NCBI GenBank assembly: GCA_002269645.1
Contig: NIVC01002447.1
Coordinates: forward strand, 124,001 to 188,000
Length of the DNA: 64,000 nt
Reading direction: 5' to 3'
DNA from: Macrostomum lignano
Lineage: Eukaryota
Shown piece after piece: positions 24,899 through 37,705 of the stretch (positions are counted from its first letter, which is position 1; the number at the start of each line of letters is the position of its first letter). The translations under genes and the position numbers were made by a program. Under the pieces are notes generated by a model. The model saw nothing but the letters and a program-made list of their open reading frames with translations. It was not told the DNA's origin and ran no database searches.

Positions 24899-25130
24899 AT
24901 CTCTCTTCTCCTCTCTACTCTTTCCCCTCTTCATTCTCCTATTTCCTCTTCTCTCTCCCTGTCTCTCCTCTAGTCTCTGTAATCTCTTCTCTCTTATCTC
25001 TCCTCTGTTCTCTGTACTATCCTATCTCTTGTCTGTTCATCTGCTCTCTCATCTGTCATCTTTACTCTCTTATACGTTCTCTCACTTATCTCCTCTGTAC
25101 TCTTCTCTTTCACCTCTTCTGACTCCTCTC

Positions 25131-26465
25131 TATGAGCTGCATAAAATGCAGTCATATTTGCAAAGGACGTCTGCACCAAAAACTTGCTGCGAAATTTGCA
25201 TTTTGTTCTGTGTAGCCTTTAAGAGTTTACGTTCCCACGCGCCTGTTCTGCAGTGTTTTAAATAAAAGGAGAGACAGTGGAGGCGCTGGCTTCACTTTCC
25301 TCTTGCCCGCATCTGCGGGCCTAAAGGCATGGCCATTGCCTCGGCTGGGCTGTAGGCCGCAGCAGCCTGGGCCCAGAAAAACCGTGCTTCGAGTTCAATT
25401 CTTTGTTGTCTGACGTGAGCAGAAGGTGCAGGCAGGATGGACACAAAATCCTACCTGTTACAATGGTTCCCTGACCGCGTGAGTCTGCTAGACAAAGTTC
25501 CTGTCACGAAGGATAACAGAGGGTTGAATAGAAGCCGGTTGAAGGACAGCACAACATCAGCAAATCGAGATCCGGCGACCAGAGGACATCTTGCGTCGTT
25601 GGCGTGCTTGACGGCATTAAGTCGCAATGGTGGTTCAGTTCAACTGCCACCACGGTGCAGCCGCCGCCCCAACTGACGCGTGTTCAACAGCCGTTCGGAT
25701 GGATCAACAAGAAGAAAGTCAGCCCCGGCGTCACTGTCTCGGCGACTGGCATGCAGATCAATTTTCCTGCCCTGAGAGGCGATGCGTCTCAAAAGCGGAG
25801 CAGTGTTTCAGCCCAAAGGCCAAGAGTCGCCTCCCCACAGCAAGAAGACTGCGAGGGAAATCTGCGGTGCATCTGGCAGGAAGACCAGAGCACGATCTGT
25901 GCATGCAAGAGACATGCCAGTGAAGCTACTTAAGATAGCTCACGAGGACTGCATGCCCGTTTCCGAGGTGGCGGACTTCAAGGTTGACCCCCTTAGAGCA
26001 GCGCGAACTGAAGAATGGTAGCGACCCGGCTGGAGGAGTCCAACATTACTATACTCATGGCTGATATTTTCAAGTACGGTTCAACTTTCAACAATACTTC
26101 GAGGTGTCGAAGTTTTTTTGAACCACGGAGGGATATGAGCTGCATAAAATGCAGTCATATTTGCAAAGGACGTCTGCACCAAAAACTTGCTGCGAAATTT
26201 GCATTTTGTTCTGTGTAGCCTTTAAGAGTTTACGTTCCCACGCGCCTGTTCTGCAGTGTTTTAAATAAAAGGAGAGACAGTGGAGGCGCTCGCTTCACTT
26301 TTCTCTCGCCCGCATCTGCGGGCCTAAAGGCATGGCCATTGCCTCGGCTGGGCTGTAGGCCGCAGCAGCCTGGGCCCAGAAAAACCGTGCTTCGAGTTCA
26401 ATTCTTTGTTATCCGACGTGAGCAGAAGGTGCAGGCAGGATGGACACAAAATCCTACCTGTTACA
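25131..26465 (+). mobile_element. TRIM-like/internally deleted LTR retroelement (1335 bp)
   Basis: 332-bp direct repeats 25131-25462 and 26134-26465 (5 mismatches counted), both TATGAG...TGTTACA; PBS after the 5' LTR; purine tract ggaggga before the 3' LTR; CTCTC on both flanks. Confidence 0.88.
25464..25477 (+). promoter_or_regulatory. Primer-binding site complementary to the tRNA-Glu 3' end
   Basis: TGGTTCCCTGACCG is the reverse complement of CGGUCAGGGAACCA (animal tRNA-Glu-CTC 3' end), 1 nt after the LTR. Confidence 0.8.
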
Positions 26466-27699
26466 CTCTCTTTTCTTACTCCTCCTCTTTTATCTTCCCT
26501 CTTCTATACTCTCTCTCTCATCTATTATCTTCTCTCGTCTCTCTGCACTCTCCTCTCACCTTTTTCATCTCTCATCTCTTCTTTCATCTGTCTCATCTCT
26601 ACAATCTCATCTTTTCCTCTCTCCTCCTCTTCCCTTTACTCTCTTATCTATATCTCTTCTCTTCTCACCCCTTCTCTCCCCCTTTTATATCTCCTCTCTT
26701 TTCTATCCTTTCTACTCTCTCCTCTTTAATCTCTCCTCTCCTCTTGACCCTCTGTCATATTCTTTCTGCTCTCTCATCTCTACTCTCTTCTCACTCTTCG
26801 CTACTCTCCTCTCATCGATCCTCTGTCTCATCTCTCCCCTCTTCTCACCTTTACTCTCTCCTCTCCCTCCTCTCTCCCCTCTGTCTCATCTCTCCCCTCT
26901 TCTCACCTTTACTCTCTCCTCTCCCTCCTCTCTCCCCTCTTCTCCCTTTTCCTCCCCTCTTCTCTGCTCTCTCCTCACCACTTGTCTCTCCTCTTATATT
27001 CCATGTTTTCTCATATCCCCCTCTCGCCTCTCCTCTCTTCTAATAGTCTATTCCTTCTCTTTTCCACTCTCATCTGGCCCGCACATAAGCTGGATACTGG
27101 ATTCTTTATCTGGCTTTTGAAGTAAAAGTCTGCCCATTCCTGCTTGGAAAGCCAGTTTGTGGGACGTAGTACTCTCATGGCTGTTCTCATGCTTTGATCA
27201 TGTCATCTTTCTTGCCAATTTGCAGTCCTGAAAGGAATTTGTGTATTTTCAGCTCCACTGCAGTCTGCATCAGTCTAACAACCAAGGAAATACGCATTTC
27301 TTAGGACATTTAAAATTTAAAGTACTTTTAAGAGAAACCTAAAATTTCCATGGTGTGCCTAATTTAGTAGGGTTGTATTGCATTGCATCGCATTGCCTTT
27401 TCATAAATCTTTCGCTTTTACAAACCATGCTGGATTCCCTCAATTTGCCAATTGCCATCCACTGTTAAACTGGTGCAGAGTTTGCCAATAAAGAGGGCAG
27501 TGGTTAGAATTTCTCACTAAACTGTTATGGCTAAACGTAGCCTCTCCACTCTCGGGGTGCAGAGAAGGCTATAAATAAAGTTATTCCAAACACTGTACAT
27601 TTGCTATGTACATTCAGTCCTATCGCCTGACCCTTTGTCTGAGCTGGGGGAATGAGTGAGTGAGTGGCACAAACAACAGAAAAAGCAGACAAACTTTAC

Positions 27700-28289
27700 A
27701 TGCTTACAGTTTCTATCCTGATTGAGATACAGAGTTGAGACTTTACATATAGGCAGAGAATGAGTCAATAAAGAATTGTGTCAAATTTGAAGTCAATCGC
27801 TTCACGTGTAGCAAAACTATGGCAGCTGAAAGTTAGGCATTTTAAAACCTATTCACACCCTTAGCCCAGATCGGGAAAGAGAGGCAGGTGGGCGGAGGTT
27901 GGGGTGGCTGCCTCGCTGAAAAAAACAGCCCAACTTTAAAAGTGCACAGCACCGCTCAGGATTAACTTTGAGACTCAAAATTTTACATGATTGTGCCAAA
28001 ATAGTTGAAAATTGCCTGTGTCAAATTTGAAGAGAATCGGTAGAAGTAAAGCGGCGCTATGGAGGATTAAGTGAAAAAATCACGCATTTTGAGCAGTTTT
28101 TGTACTTTTAGGTAGGAAGACTTGAGTCTAGGAAATTAAAAGGTAGCCTAAGACATTCTCTGTAGTAGGTTTAGGGTGGGTGTAAAGTTTGGTGTAATTT
28201 GGTTGAGCAGTTTGGGAGTCCATAGCGATCAAAATTGTCCACACACAGACAGACAGACAGACAGAGTTTTGATTTTTATATGTAGAGAT
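27700..28289 (+). mobile_element. Non-autonomous Helitron-like (Lep1/DINE-type) 3' portion
   Basis: Repeated tgtcaaatttgaag..aatcg motifs, then (CAGA)n followed by ttttatatgtagagat, the typical 3' end layout of these elements. Confidence 0.45.
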
Positions 28290-28535
28290 AAAATAATCAT
28301 TAGCAACTTTGTATATATAAAAGCCATGACTATCATTGCTCTAAATAGGGCTTATTGCTTAGAAAAACAAAGTTGCTCTGTTCTGTTTTAGTGTTTTATT
28401 GTTTTTTAATAAGCTAGTTGGGACTCCTTAAAACTAAAAAATCACTTTAACTATAAGAAAAAAATTACAAATGCTCCTGCAGAATAACCTAGACAACAAA
28501 TTTTTGTTAACAATGTTTTATACAAATCTATAGTT

Positions 28536-29322
28536 GGCTCATTCCATATAAGCATGGTCGTAACATGACAGGTTATTTTCACTTATAAAATGAAATCTAA
28601 TAATAGAATATACTAAACCAATATTTTAAATGAAAGATTATTTTGTCTAGAATATATTTATAGAGTTTCATATAGATATCATCATTAGTATAGATGCTAT
28701 TAAACCTTAAATGACACTTATGGTCGTAACGACAGGATTTTTGACATATAGAAACTAAAAGGTAAAAGTCTTATAACATTTTTCATTTTTGATATTTTGC
28801 AATACATTTTTAAAATTGGACTAAGAACATCTTTAGAAATCATACTCTTTTATTAGAATAAATAAACTCAAAAGGCAACAAAGATACAAAAGAAAAGGCA
28901 GCCTTATGGTCGTAACATTATGGTCATAACATATTTTTTTCTGTCAATTCAGTAACTTTGAAGTACTAATACATTAAAAATATAATAGATTATTTGGTCA
29001 CCAATGCTTTTATCTGATGATGCAAGTACTATACTTTTATCTATAGTTTGTTTCAACCTTCAAAAGCTTTCTATTTGTTTTTAAAAGGTACAAAATCTTA
29101 ATGATGTCTTTTGCTTCGAAAAATGTCCAAATTTTTACAAAAATGACTTTTTGCCAATTGATAAAATACTAATCCAACATTTTACCATTCCTTTATTCTT
29201 AGATTGTATATATTGCACAATATAAACATTTGGTAAAAAAAATAGGCTAATTAGGCAATGGCAAGCAAAAATATTGACTTTTTTCTATTTTCCAAATATG
29301 TGTATCTTATATGGAATGAGCC
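28536..29322. mobile_element. MITE, 787 bp, 17-bp TIR, 4-bp TSD
   Basis: AGTT|GGCTCATTCCATATAAG ... CTTATATGGAATGAGCC|AGTT; internal repeated tatggtcgtaac motifs. Confidence 0.85.
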
Positions 29323-29334
29323 AGTTTATTTTTT

Positions 29335-29446
29335 GGCAATCCTGAAGATTCCCGCATTTAATTATAACCCCCATCCCCCACCACCCTTGAATAGAGGGTG
29401 AAATAATTCCATAAAATAATTTAACGCGGGAATCTTCAGGATTGCC
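29335..29446. mobile_element. 112-bp mini-MITE/foldback
   Basis: Perfect 21-bp inverted ends GGCAATCCTGAAGATTCCCGC / GCGGGAATCTTCAGGATTGCC; no clear TSD. Confidence 0.65.
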
Positions 29447-31254
29447 TATTTATCTATTTTCTATTTTCTTTAATGTTTTCTATTTTAATATTTTCTATAG
29501 TTAGACTCAAAATTAGTTTAATACAAACATCAAATACTTACATTTATGGACTGTGCAGTAGTGCTATATACAGAAAACAAAATTGCAGCAAAAGCAAAAG
29601 TAATTATGTCTTTTAAACCCATTTTTTATAAGCCTATTAATAATAAAAATATCAAATATGAAAATCTTGAACTGGATAAGGATTATTTTAACAAAGCTAT
29701 AACCACTAATAGTTTAGATAGAGCTGAAGTTAGTGCAATAGAACTTCTGACTAAAATTAGTCACGACTTTGAATCACTTAAATTCTAGATTAGGCCTACG
29801 GCTTAGGGTTTTATGGGGTAGGGCGTTGGCCAATAATTGAATAAAAGAGTAACTAATATAAAAGATAGGTAGGCTGTTTTTAAAATCGATTTTTTCAAAG
29901 ATTAAACACTAATAGAAAAGAACACCAAAACTTTTTAATGCAACAACTAAAAATGGTTCGTTCTAGACACTCGTGTCTTTTTAAATACATAAAGTCGTCA
30001 GAAGACATATATGATGATCAGTTCTACAACGAAGATTTTTCTACTCTTAAAATGATGCGCGCAAATACAATATAAGTAACTTGTAAATAATTACAAAAAG
30101 ACTCAATAAACCTTTGAACTGCAATTCCTGCAGACCAATTAGGTTCCTGTGAAAAAAACTGAATCCAATCTTGCTCAGTTTGTTAAGCTCTGTAATAAAA
30201 AGTTCTTTGAAAAGCAAACACACAAATTTATTAAAAACCACTGTACGAGCTAGTTTAGTACCACAAGACGGACATGCCGTTATTGAACTTACTGCCGTTA
30301 CAGGCAGGTGGCATGCAGCATTTAGGTTTGGAGCAGTGGAGAAACTCGATAGACAGGTTTCTCTTTATATTGTGCACATTGATTTGTTTTAAAAATCCAA
30401 GTATAAGTGTTTTCCTGAATTGAATTTAATTTTAAGTTGAAGTTTGGGTGTCACAACAATAGTTTTTTAAAAGCCTACTTGTGTTGTGTATGAAAACCAC
30501 TTTATTTATTTGACATATATGGGCCTAATTTTGATAAACACTATGCCCCTGCCCCTGGTTGTTTTAATAAGCTTTTTGGGACTCCTCAATAGCTAATAAT
30601 CACTTTAACAGGCCCCTATAAGAAAAAATATAGTTTAAGACAAGTGGGAACAGGACATTTCGTCCAAAGACTTTTCGTCCAGGTCTCTTTGCCCAGATGA
30701 GACATTTTGTCCAAGGGGTATGACATTACATCCAATTGGTATAACATTTTGTCTAAGTCTGATATACAAATTTTAGTCTAGGCCTAATCAATGGAAGTGT
30801 TTTAGTGAGGGTGCATCACTGCATTTGAGTGTGTACTCTGGTGCTTGCATGCTAATTCCCACATAACTTATCCATCCTTGTTCTCTCTCTAAAATTACAC
30901 CCATACATATATGCCATGGTATACTATACTATATTGTAATTTGTAAGCTTCAACATTAATTGTAGCCTAGAATTATACATGATTAAAAATTTGGGCATTC
31001 TTTTGTTTTACAATCCTTATTCCTAGGCAGTTCGTTATATGATCCCCATGTAAAAGATGTAATCAAAGAATAAAAACCAGATGAAACAGTATCCATGAGT
31101 CAAATTCATTGCAACAAGGTAGTTTCAATTGATATCTATTTGATTTGAAGTGGAGTTCAACCAAAATAAGGCAATCAAACACAGCCACAACAAGATTCTT
31201 AGCAAGAAAAGGACATCTTTATATTCATTTTCGTTATTCACAATTATTTAAATA

Positions 31255-31730
31255 GAAGAAATATATGCAAAAAGATTGGATAATGAAACTTGGGCTTTTC
31301 ATCAATTTTGTAATACAATAGGCCTAGGCCTACCCAAGTTAAAAATTTGTTTGTAGGGAATTGTATATTAAAAATGAAATCAAGGTATTGCATTTATAGA
31401 TGAAGTAAAAATAGTTCATATACTATCTAATAATTCCATGCCTAATCCCTTTCCCCTCAATTTGTGTTTTATGATCCCCTTACAGTATAGACAATATTGT
31501 TTCATGTTGTTGGGGATTATATAATGAAAGTTAAGAGGGGTTAAAAAAAAGAAAGGAGAGATACCAAAAAATTACAATTTACTTTTATGGAATCTCTATC
31601 ATGTATCCTAAGACAAGGGTTTGTACATGTTATATAATCCCCTATAAACAAATTTTCAACTTGGGGCATTGTATTACAAAATTGATAAAAAGCCCAAATT
31701 TCCTTATCTAATCCCTTTCCATACATTTCT
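31255..31730. repeat. Diverged inverted repeat pair (about 120 bp arms)
   Basis: 31255-31375 resembles the reverse complement of 31620-31730 (gggctttt.atcaattttgtaatacaat...ccaagtt.aaaatttgttt.taggg). Confidence 0.7.
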
Positions 31731-32826
31731 TATATTTGAATGATCATATTCTCGTAGGGCTTACTTCTGTCTTCTAATTATCACACTAATTGCCACCAAA
31801 TTGTTATAGGTTTATAATTTCCTCTATTAAATTTCTATTGCTAACACTAAATCTTGCCTTAATGTTTCTAACTGCTTCTTAAAATTTCATTTTGAATATC
31901 TCTGGATAGCATCTTTAGTAGCATTTCTAGTAGCATTCTGGTAGCATTTCTAGTAGTGTTCTGGTAGCTTATAGCCTGAGCGGTCTAGTACTGGTACATG
32001 TTTTAGTAAATAGTCGTAATTGGGCATTCACCGAGACTAGAGGGTCACGGTGCCTCTTAGTATGCTTCTGTGAATTATTCCCCAATTCTCTTTTCTTAGC
32101 AAGTTTCTTGAATCTTGGTACTGCTCTCAGCTTTTGTAAATGAATAAGTTGCTATTGAACTCAAAAGACTTTGAAATGTATTGATTGAACTGCTATTTTG
32201 TTTGCAATGTTTTGCTTACAGGTCCAGACAGTTGGTTTTATTTGCTGCAAAATTGCTACTATATATACCCCTGATTTCCCGATATTTTTATAACAAAAAA
32301 TATTTCCCTAATTTATTTCATGCATTAAAACAAATGATTTTACTGTATTATAGAAAACATTTAGTGTATTTAAACAAACTATTATTAAATATTTCATGTA
32401 AATTTGATTTCTAAGAAAGGCTACAATATTATTCAATTATATAGATATTACATGGAAAAAAATATTTGAGCATACTATTATAAAGGCATTAGTACTAGTT
32501 AAGTATAACAAAAGTGAATATAGAGACTCCCTACTCTTGCCAAGAATTGTGGCTTACAATTAATTAGAGTAATCATGCTTTAAATATTTGCATCATATTA
32601 CCTTGATAGAGAATTTATATCCTCATTGATCTACCAGACTAGGCCTGCCTCGTGTTGTACCATCATTGATAAGTAGAAAATAGCTGCTGACAAAGCTAGT
32701 ATGACTGTGGCCCTGATTCAATAAGGAGCTGCTGAGGGAGCTAGTGCAACTGCAGCCCCAATTTGATGAAAAGCTGCTGATAGAGCTAGCGCGACTGCAG
32801 CCCTGATTTGATGAGGAGCTTCTTAT

Positions 32827-33000
32827 ACTGCACACCTCACAGATCCACTTCAGACTCTGTGCACCCCAACATGTGGCCCAATATTGTGGTCTGGAAATTC
32901 TAGTGCTGCACATTCAATGCTACCAATGGCTGCACTTATTGTATGCCATAGCTTCTTGTCGTGGCAGTACAGACTTTTTGCACCTAATGCACTTGTCATC
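32827..33000 (-). pseudogene. Degenerate PHD finger of the type seen on invertebrate MULE-like transposon proteins
   Basis: CIRCKKSVLPRQEAMAYNKCSHW*H*MCSTRISRPQYW...WICEVC: C4HC3 spacing with one Cys-to-Tyr change and two stops; the V.PRQEA motif is recalled from that family. Confidence 0.65.
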
Positions 33001-33249
33001 AGTGTTGCTACAGGCTGCGTTTTTAACGCAGCTGGGTTTTTTCTTTGAAAAATCTGCGTTTGTGCATTTTTTTCTGCGTTTTTTTTCATTCTGCATTTTT
33101 ACTTGCTAGCTGTTTTGTTGGTGACTTAAGTGGTCCTTTTTGCTGTTGTATTATCTAAAATCCCACGTTTTATGTTTGTTGCATCAGCTTTGTTTATCTT
33201 AAAATCCATTGTTTTAAAAATACAAAGAAAACTACTTCATGCATTTGGG

Positions 33250-33570
33250 GTCGCTTCACAAGCTCGAAATTTCACAACCTCGAAAAGCATATCCTTTCAT
33301 AAATCCAAAACTTCATAGGCTCGAAAATTCACAACCTCAAAGACCATTTTAGCAGCCAACTTCATAAGCTTGAATCTTCACATCCTCGAAAACCATTTTA
33401 GCAGCCAACTTCAAAAGCTCAAAATTTCACATCCTCAAAAGTTTTAGCAGCCGACTTCACTTTTAGTCTTTGGTTTGGGTTAGGATTGGCTAGGGTTAGG
33501 CTAGTATAGTGTTTTGAGGATGTGAAATTTCGAGCTTATGAAGTTGGCTGCTAAAATGGTTTTTAGCAGC
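33250..33570. repeat. About 45-bp tandem repeats plus one inverted copy around a ggttagg-rich spacer
   Basis: accattttagcagccaacttcataagctcgaaatttcacatcctc units, with an inverted copy at 33510-33570. Confidence 0.75.
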
Positions 33571-33912
33571 TGGAAGCAGCACCTGGAGCGGCAGCGGGAG
33601 GAGAATGAGGAGAAGCAGAAGAAGTTGGCAAAGGAGAGAGAGTTGGCAGTAGAAATTGCACAGGAAATTAAGAAGGCAACACACTCTGCACAGTTGCAGG
33701 CATAGGATGAGAGCATACGGAAGAGGATACTGGAGGTAGATGCACAAGCAGACAGAGCTACCGCAATGCTTGACGAATATCAGCGACAGGTAGCTGCCCT
33801 AGCGATTGAGTGCAAGACACTGGAGAAGGAGACTGAGGGCCTCAAAGAGAAAAAGAGAAAGTTGGAGGAGAAGGCGACCAAGTCTACCATCGCCAGTTAT
33901 TTCAAAAAGTGA
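33570..33912 (+). pseudogene. Terminal exon encoding a coiled coil with a PIP-box-like end, probably transposon-derived
   Basis: tttagcag acceptor; WKQHLERQREENEEKQKK...KEKKRKLEEKATKSTIASYFKK*; one internal TAG. Confidence 0.4.
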
Positions 33913-34474
33913 CGCCGGTAACTTTTGGTAACAATGATTTTTGGGCTTACATAGACATAAATAGATAGGCAGTGTTGGGCAAGTTCACGAAAAAGGAACT
34001 TTCGTACAACGAACTTTTGAACTTTATGCAAGGGCATTTCCTACTTGGTCAGTCATGCTCGAGTAACAACCATTTCTTTACCTCATTCTACTGCCAAACA
34101 GTTAAAAATGATCTCATTCTCCTATTCTTTCAATATCATTTTAAAAATGAATTGAACTTTTCCAAAAATAAACTTTGCCAAACACTGCATATGGGGATAC
34201 AGGGTTTGCAACAAAGATGCATCCAGGTATGATCTAGGCATCAGTTTTATTTTACATGCATTTTATTACGAACAGCTATGCTCGCAATCTTGCTCTTTGA
34301 GTGACTGAGAGGGTAGAGACAGTGAGAACTGAAAGAGTAACAGATGACATGAATTTTTACATTTATTCTTCAAGTTGTTGCATTGTTGTCGTGCTGTTTC
34401 CATGTATGTTTGCATCGGCCATCGATCGAGATACACATATTGCACGTATACGTACTCACTGTCGCTCTTATATG

Positions 34475-34972
34475 TATAGGTTGTCCAATGTCTAGAAAGT
34501 TCTGTCCATTTTTTTATACAAATGTTCGTTCGACTATTTTTCATGAATAACCTGGTTTCAGTCGGTAATGTATGCGACATCGGTGTCCACGGTCCACCAC
34601 CTGTCGCCAGCGGTGTGGTGTGGCAGGGAACCAACGCCGTCCCTGTAGAACTGCTCTGGCCGAGAGTCGAAAAAGTTGCCGATCTCCAAGATGAGGGCCA
34701 GTTCGTTGTCGAAGCTCTTGCCTTGCAGATGCCGGTCAATGGCGTGGAATAGATAGATAGAGCAAGCAGTGCAAAAGGTGCTCTTTATCATGTGCCATTC
34801 TTTGCTGGAAAGAAGCAACTTTCAGTTAGATGCAGGTGGTGGTAGAAAGGTGAGTAACATGTATTGCTAATAGGCAAATATGAACAACAATGGATAATAG
34901 ATAAGAAAGTTTTAGTATAAGGAAGTTAGACCATGTGAAAAAATCGGACAGAACTTTCTGGACAACCCAATA
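34475..34972 (-). mobile_element. Internally deleted mariner element
   Basis: TIRs TA(T/TT)GG(G)TTGTCCA..AGAAAGTTCTGTCC at both ends; transposase C-terminus LFHAIDRHLQGKSFDNE...FFDSRPEQFYRDGVGSLP...RWW at about 34557-34780. Confidence 0.8.
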
Positions 34973-35850
34973 AGTGCAGGATAAGTTGCGTATCCTAGTT
35001 TGTCTGTTAGCCAATATCCATCGGCCAATTTTTGTGCACTCGCTGGCCGCTGCTGATTAAAGAGGAAAAACATAAATTTTTGCATGTGACCATTTATGAC
35101 ATCTGCTGGTTGGCTGGTAGCCATGTTGATTTTGGAATAAAATGTACTGATGTACTCTCAGCCTTTTTACTATCGTATTGCTCAGCATTGTCGTGATTTT
35201 CTATTATGCATTCGATATAAGAACATGTTTCGTTGCTAATGTATCTTGTTGTTAATCATCCTAGGGCTGCTAGTCACTTGTGTGCATTTATACAGTATAG
35301 TTGTATGTCCAGGGCACAGTGCTAGGATGTTTCAGGGCCTAGATCATTTCTCTGTATTCTACTAATAGTGCAATGTAAATTTGTTCCTCGAACTCCTTGA
35401 TGTCGTTCATCATTATTTGCTCAACAGACAAGGGTACAGCCTGCAGTTGTGCAACTCGAGAACAGCTTCTTAATACTTGTATTAGCTACTGACTGGCATC
35501 TAACATGTAATGTACTAGCAGTTCGCATCTAAAAATTAAGGACAGCAGGCTTCGGATTTGTTAAGAAAATTGTTGCTTTACACGGTGCCGTGTACATATG
35601 CAAAAACACAGAGCACACCCACGTAGGCAGGGCAGAGGCATGAATGTACAATAGAGTAGTTCTGAGCTTCATTATAATTTTTAGTACTACCTGCGTTTTT
35701 TTTATTGACTGCGTCTATTTTTTTCAAATGCCTGTAGCAACACTGCTTGTCATCAGACATTGTATTTGTAATTTTGGCTTAGGCCCTAGTGTGTCAAAAG
35801 GTGACTCGTTGAATTTATATTGCATGTACAACACATGCTTGGGTGCAACC

Positions 35851-35990
35851 TTGGGATTCACTCGGCCATTTCTATTGGCAACATACACATGTAAGTCGCT
35901 ATTGGACGGAATAGTAGTCACGTGACTGCTCTCAGCCAATAGTGACTTACATGTGTGTGTTGCCAATAGAAATGGCCAGGTGATTCCCAA
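35851..35990. repeat. Long hairpin with 55-bp arms
   Basis: ttgggattcactcggccatttctattggcaacatacacatgtaagtcgctattgg versus its near-perfect inverse; the spacer holds the palindrome agtcacgtgact. Confidence 0.85.
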
Positions 35991-37705
35991 AGTTGTGCAT
36001 GTATGGTACAACATCCAAGCTAGACTAGCACTACCACTTCAGTAACAATGTGCAGCAATAGTTACAATAGCTGTATACATACATGCGCAACAGTCAGTAG
36101 TACTAAGTAGCTGATGAGGCATTTTGGCTCAATAAGACAGTCATAGTTACTCCTGCTGTTTACCCAAAGTTGTGTTAATTTTGCTTTAGGGCTTTTTACA
36201 TGTAAGTTGCATTTTTGGCCAAAAACTACGTCGCATTTTTGTTAAAACTAAGTCGCACGGCTAACCAAATTTTGGAGGTTGCCCATGTATGGCTGTAGAA
36301 GGGTTGAGTGGCAGAGTGTAACAAACCCTCCTCTTGGCCAAATTTGGGTGTTCTCTAGGGCACAGTTTGTACACTGCCTAATGTCAAGAAAATCAGGGCA
36401 GATGTATACCTAGTGGGCATTCTTGAATGGGATTTGAAATGCCCAAAGAAACCCCAGCAAACTAACCAACTTTACATAACCAAATTGAATACTCATACCC
36501 ATTTTCTTTATACCCACTCTACTCCACTCTTAGATGTATTTATGAAACTATATATATGTCTTTCAGCACTAGGCACAATGAACCTTCCACTGAACGCACC
36601 TTTTTAAACAATGAACATTGAACCATCAGACTAAAATTAACAAAATTTTCGAACAAAATGTCCCTTAGACAAAATTTCATAGATTCAAATAAATAACATT
36701 AACCATAATCAATGTTATAATGGTAATAATATGCCAAAGTTAAACAAATGGTATAAATTTAGGTTGTATATAACATCTCATATGACATCTTATTAGGATT
36801 GGGAATTATAAATAGGACTAGGTCTTTAAGTGCACTATAGTTTTGCAAGTCTATATAGAGTTGTAAAGAAAAGGTATGCAATATGACCTAGGCAAAAGAT
36901 ATTAGCTAAGTTGAACATGCAATGTCAAGACTCAAGTCAGATCAAAGGGTGAAACATGATAGAGTAGATGCAAGTTTTTTAACTAACAAAGTAATAACAT
37001 AATGAGTACAAGTTAAGATAAATTGCATTTAGGCCCTAAATAATCACTTGTTCTATAAATTTTAAAACAAAAGAATTCTTAATGGGTTATAGCCATAATC
37101 ATCATAGGCCTATTCAAAATTGTCATTATGTTATCATAACAACTTTACCAAATCCTAAACCTTAAACATTTAAATATGAAACTTTAAACAAAAGCAAATG
37201 CATATTCTGTATATTTTTGTTATATAATAAAATTAATGACTATTTTTCATATTTTTATATTTTTATTTATACCAAACTTGGATTTCTTGTCAGTATACCC
37301 ATTTTTAAAACTTTATACAGTAAACTATTTACTTATATACAAAACGAATTGTATTGCAATTGTAGCAATATTTTGTTATAAATAAGTTGCTTCTTTTTCA
37401 AAAATATATTTTATTATCTAATTATGTATGTTATACCCAACAACAAGTTGAATATTTGGCTTTTCATATTAGGCCACCAATTCCAAAATTAGTATAGTAG
37501 TCTATATTCATAAGTATCTATTTTTATATGTAAATAATTATAAAATTATCTATTCTTTTATGCAAAAAAGTATTTCTATAAACAAGTAAAATAGTTGCTA
37601 GTAGCCAAAAATGAATCTGTATGAAACTTAAAAAACATTCTATAATTTGTTTTAAAAAGCAAAGTATTGCAAAATTAATTTTTGATATAAATGAACCCCT
37701 TAGAA

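Larger units (their letters stand above)
24345..27070. repeat. CT-rich low-complexity tract with a (CT)n run, split by the mini-LTR element
   Basis: Polypyrimidine sequence at 24345-25130 and 26466-27070. Confidence 0.9.

Noticed and set aside
24184-27120. Ser/Leu-rich ORFs of 190-310 aa
   Set aside because: Artefacts of the CT-rich low-complexity sequence
29900-30400. Short ORFs and gacatttcgtcc-type motifs nearby (30650-30760)
   Set aside because: Probably decayed repeat fragments; no defined ends or domain
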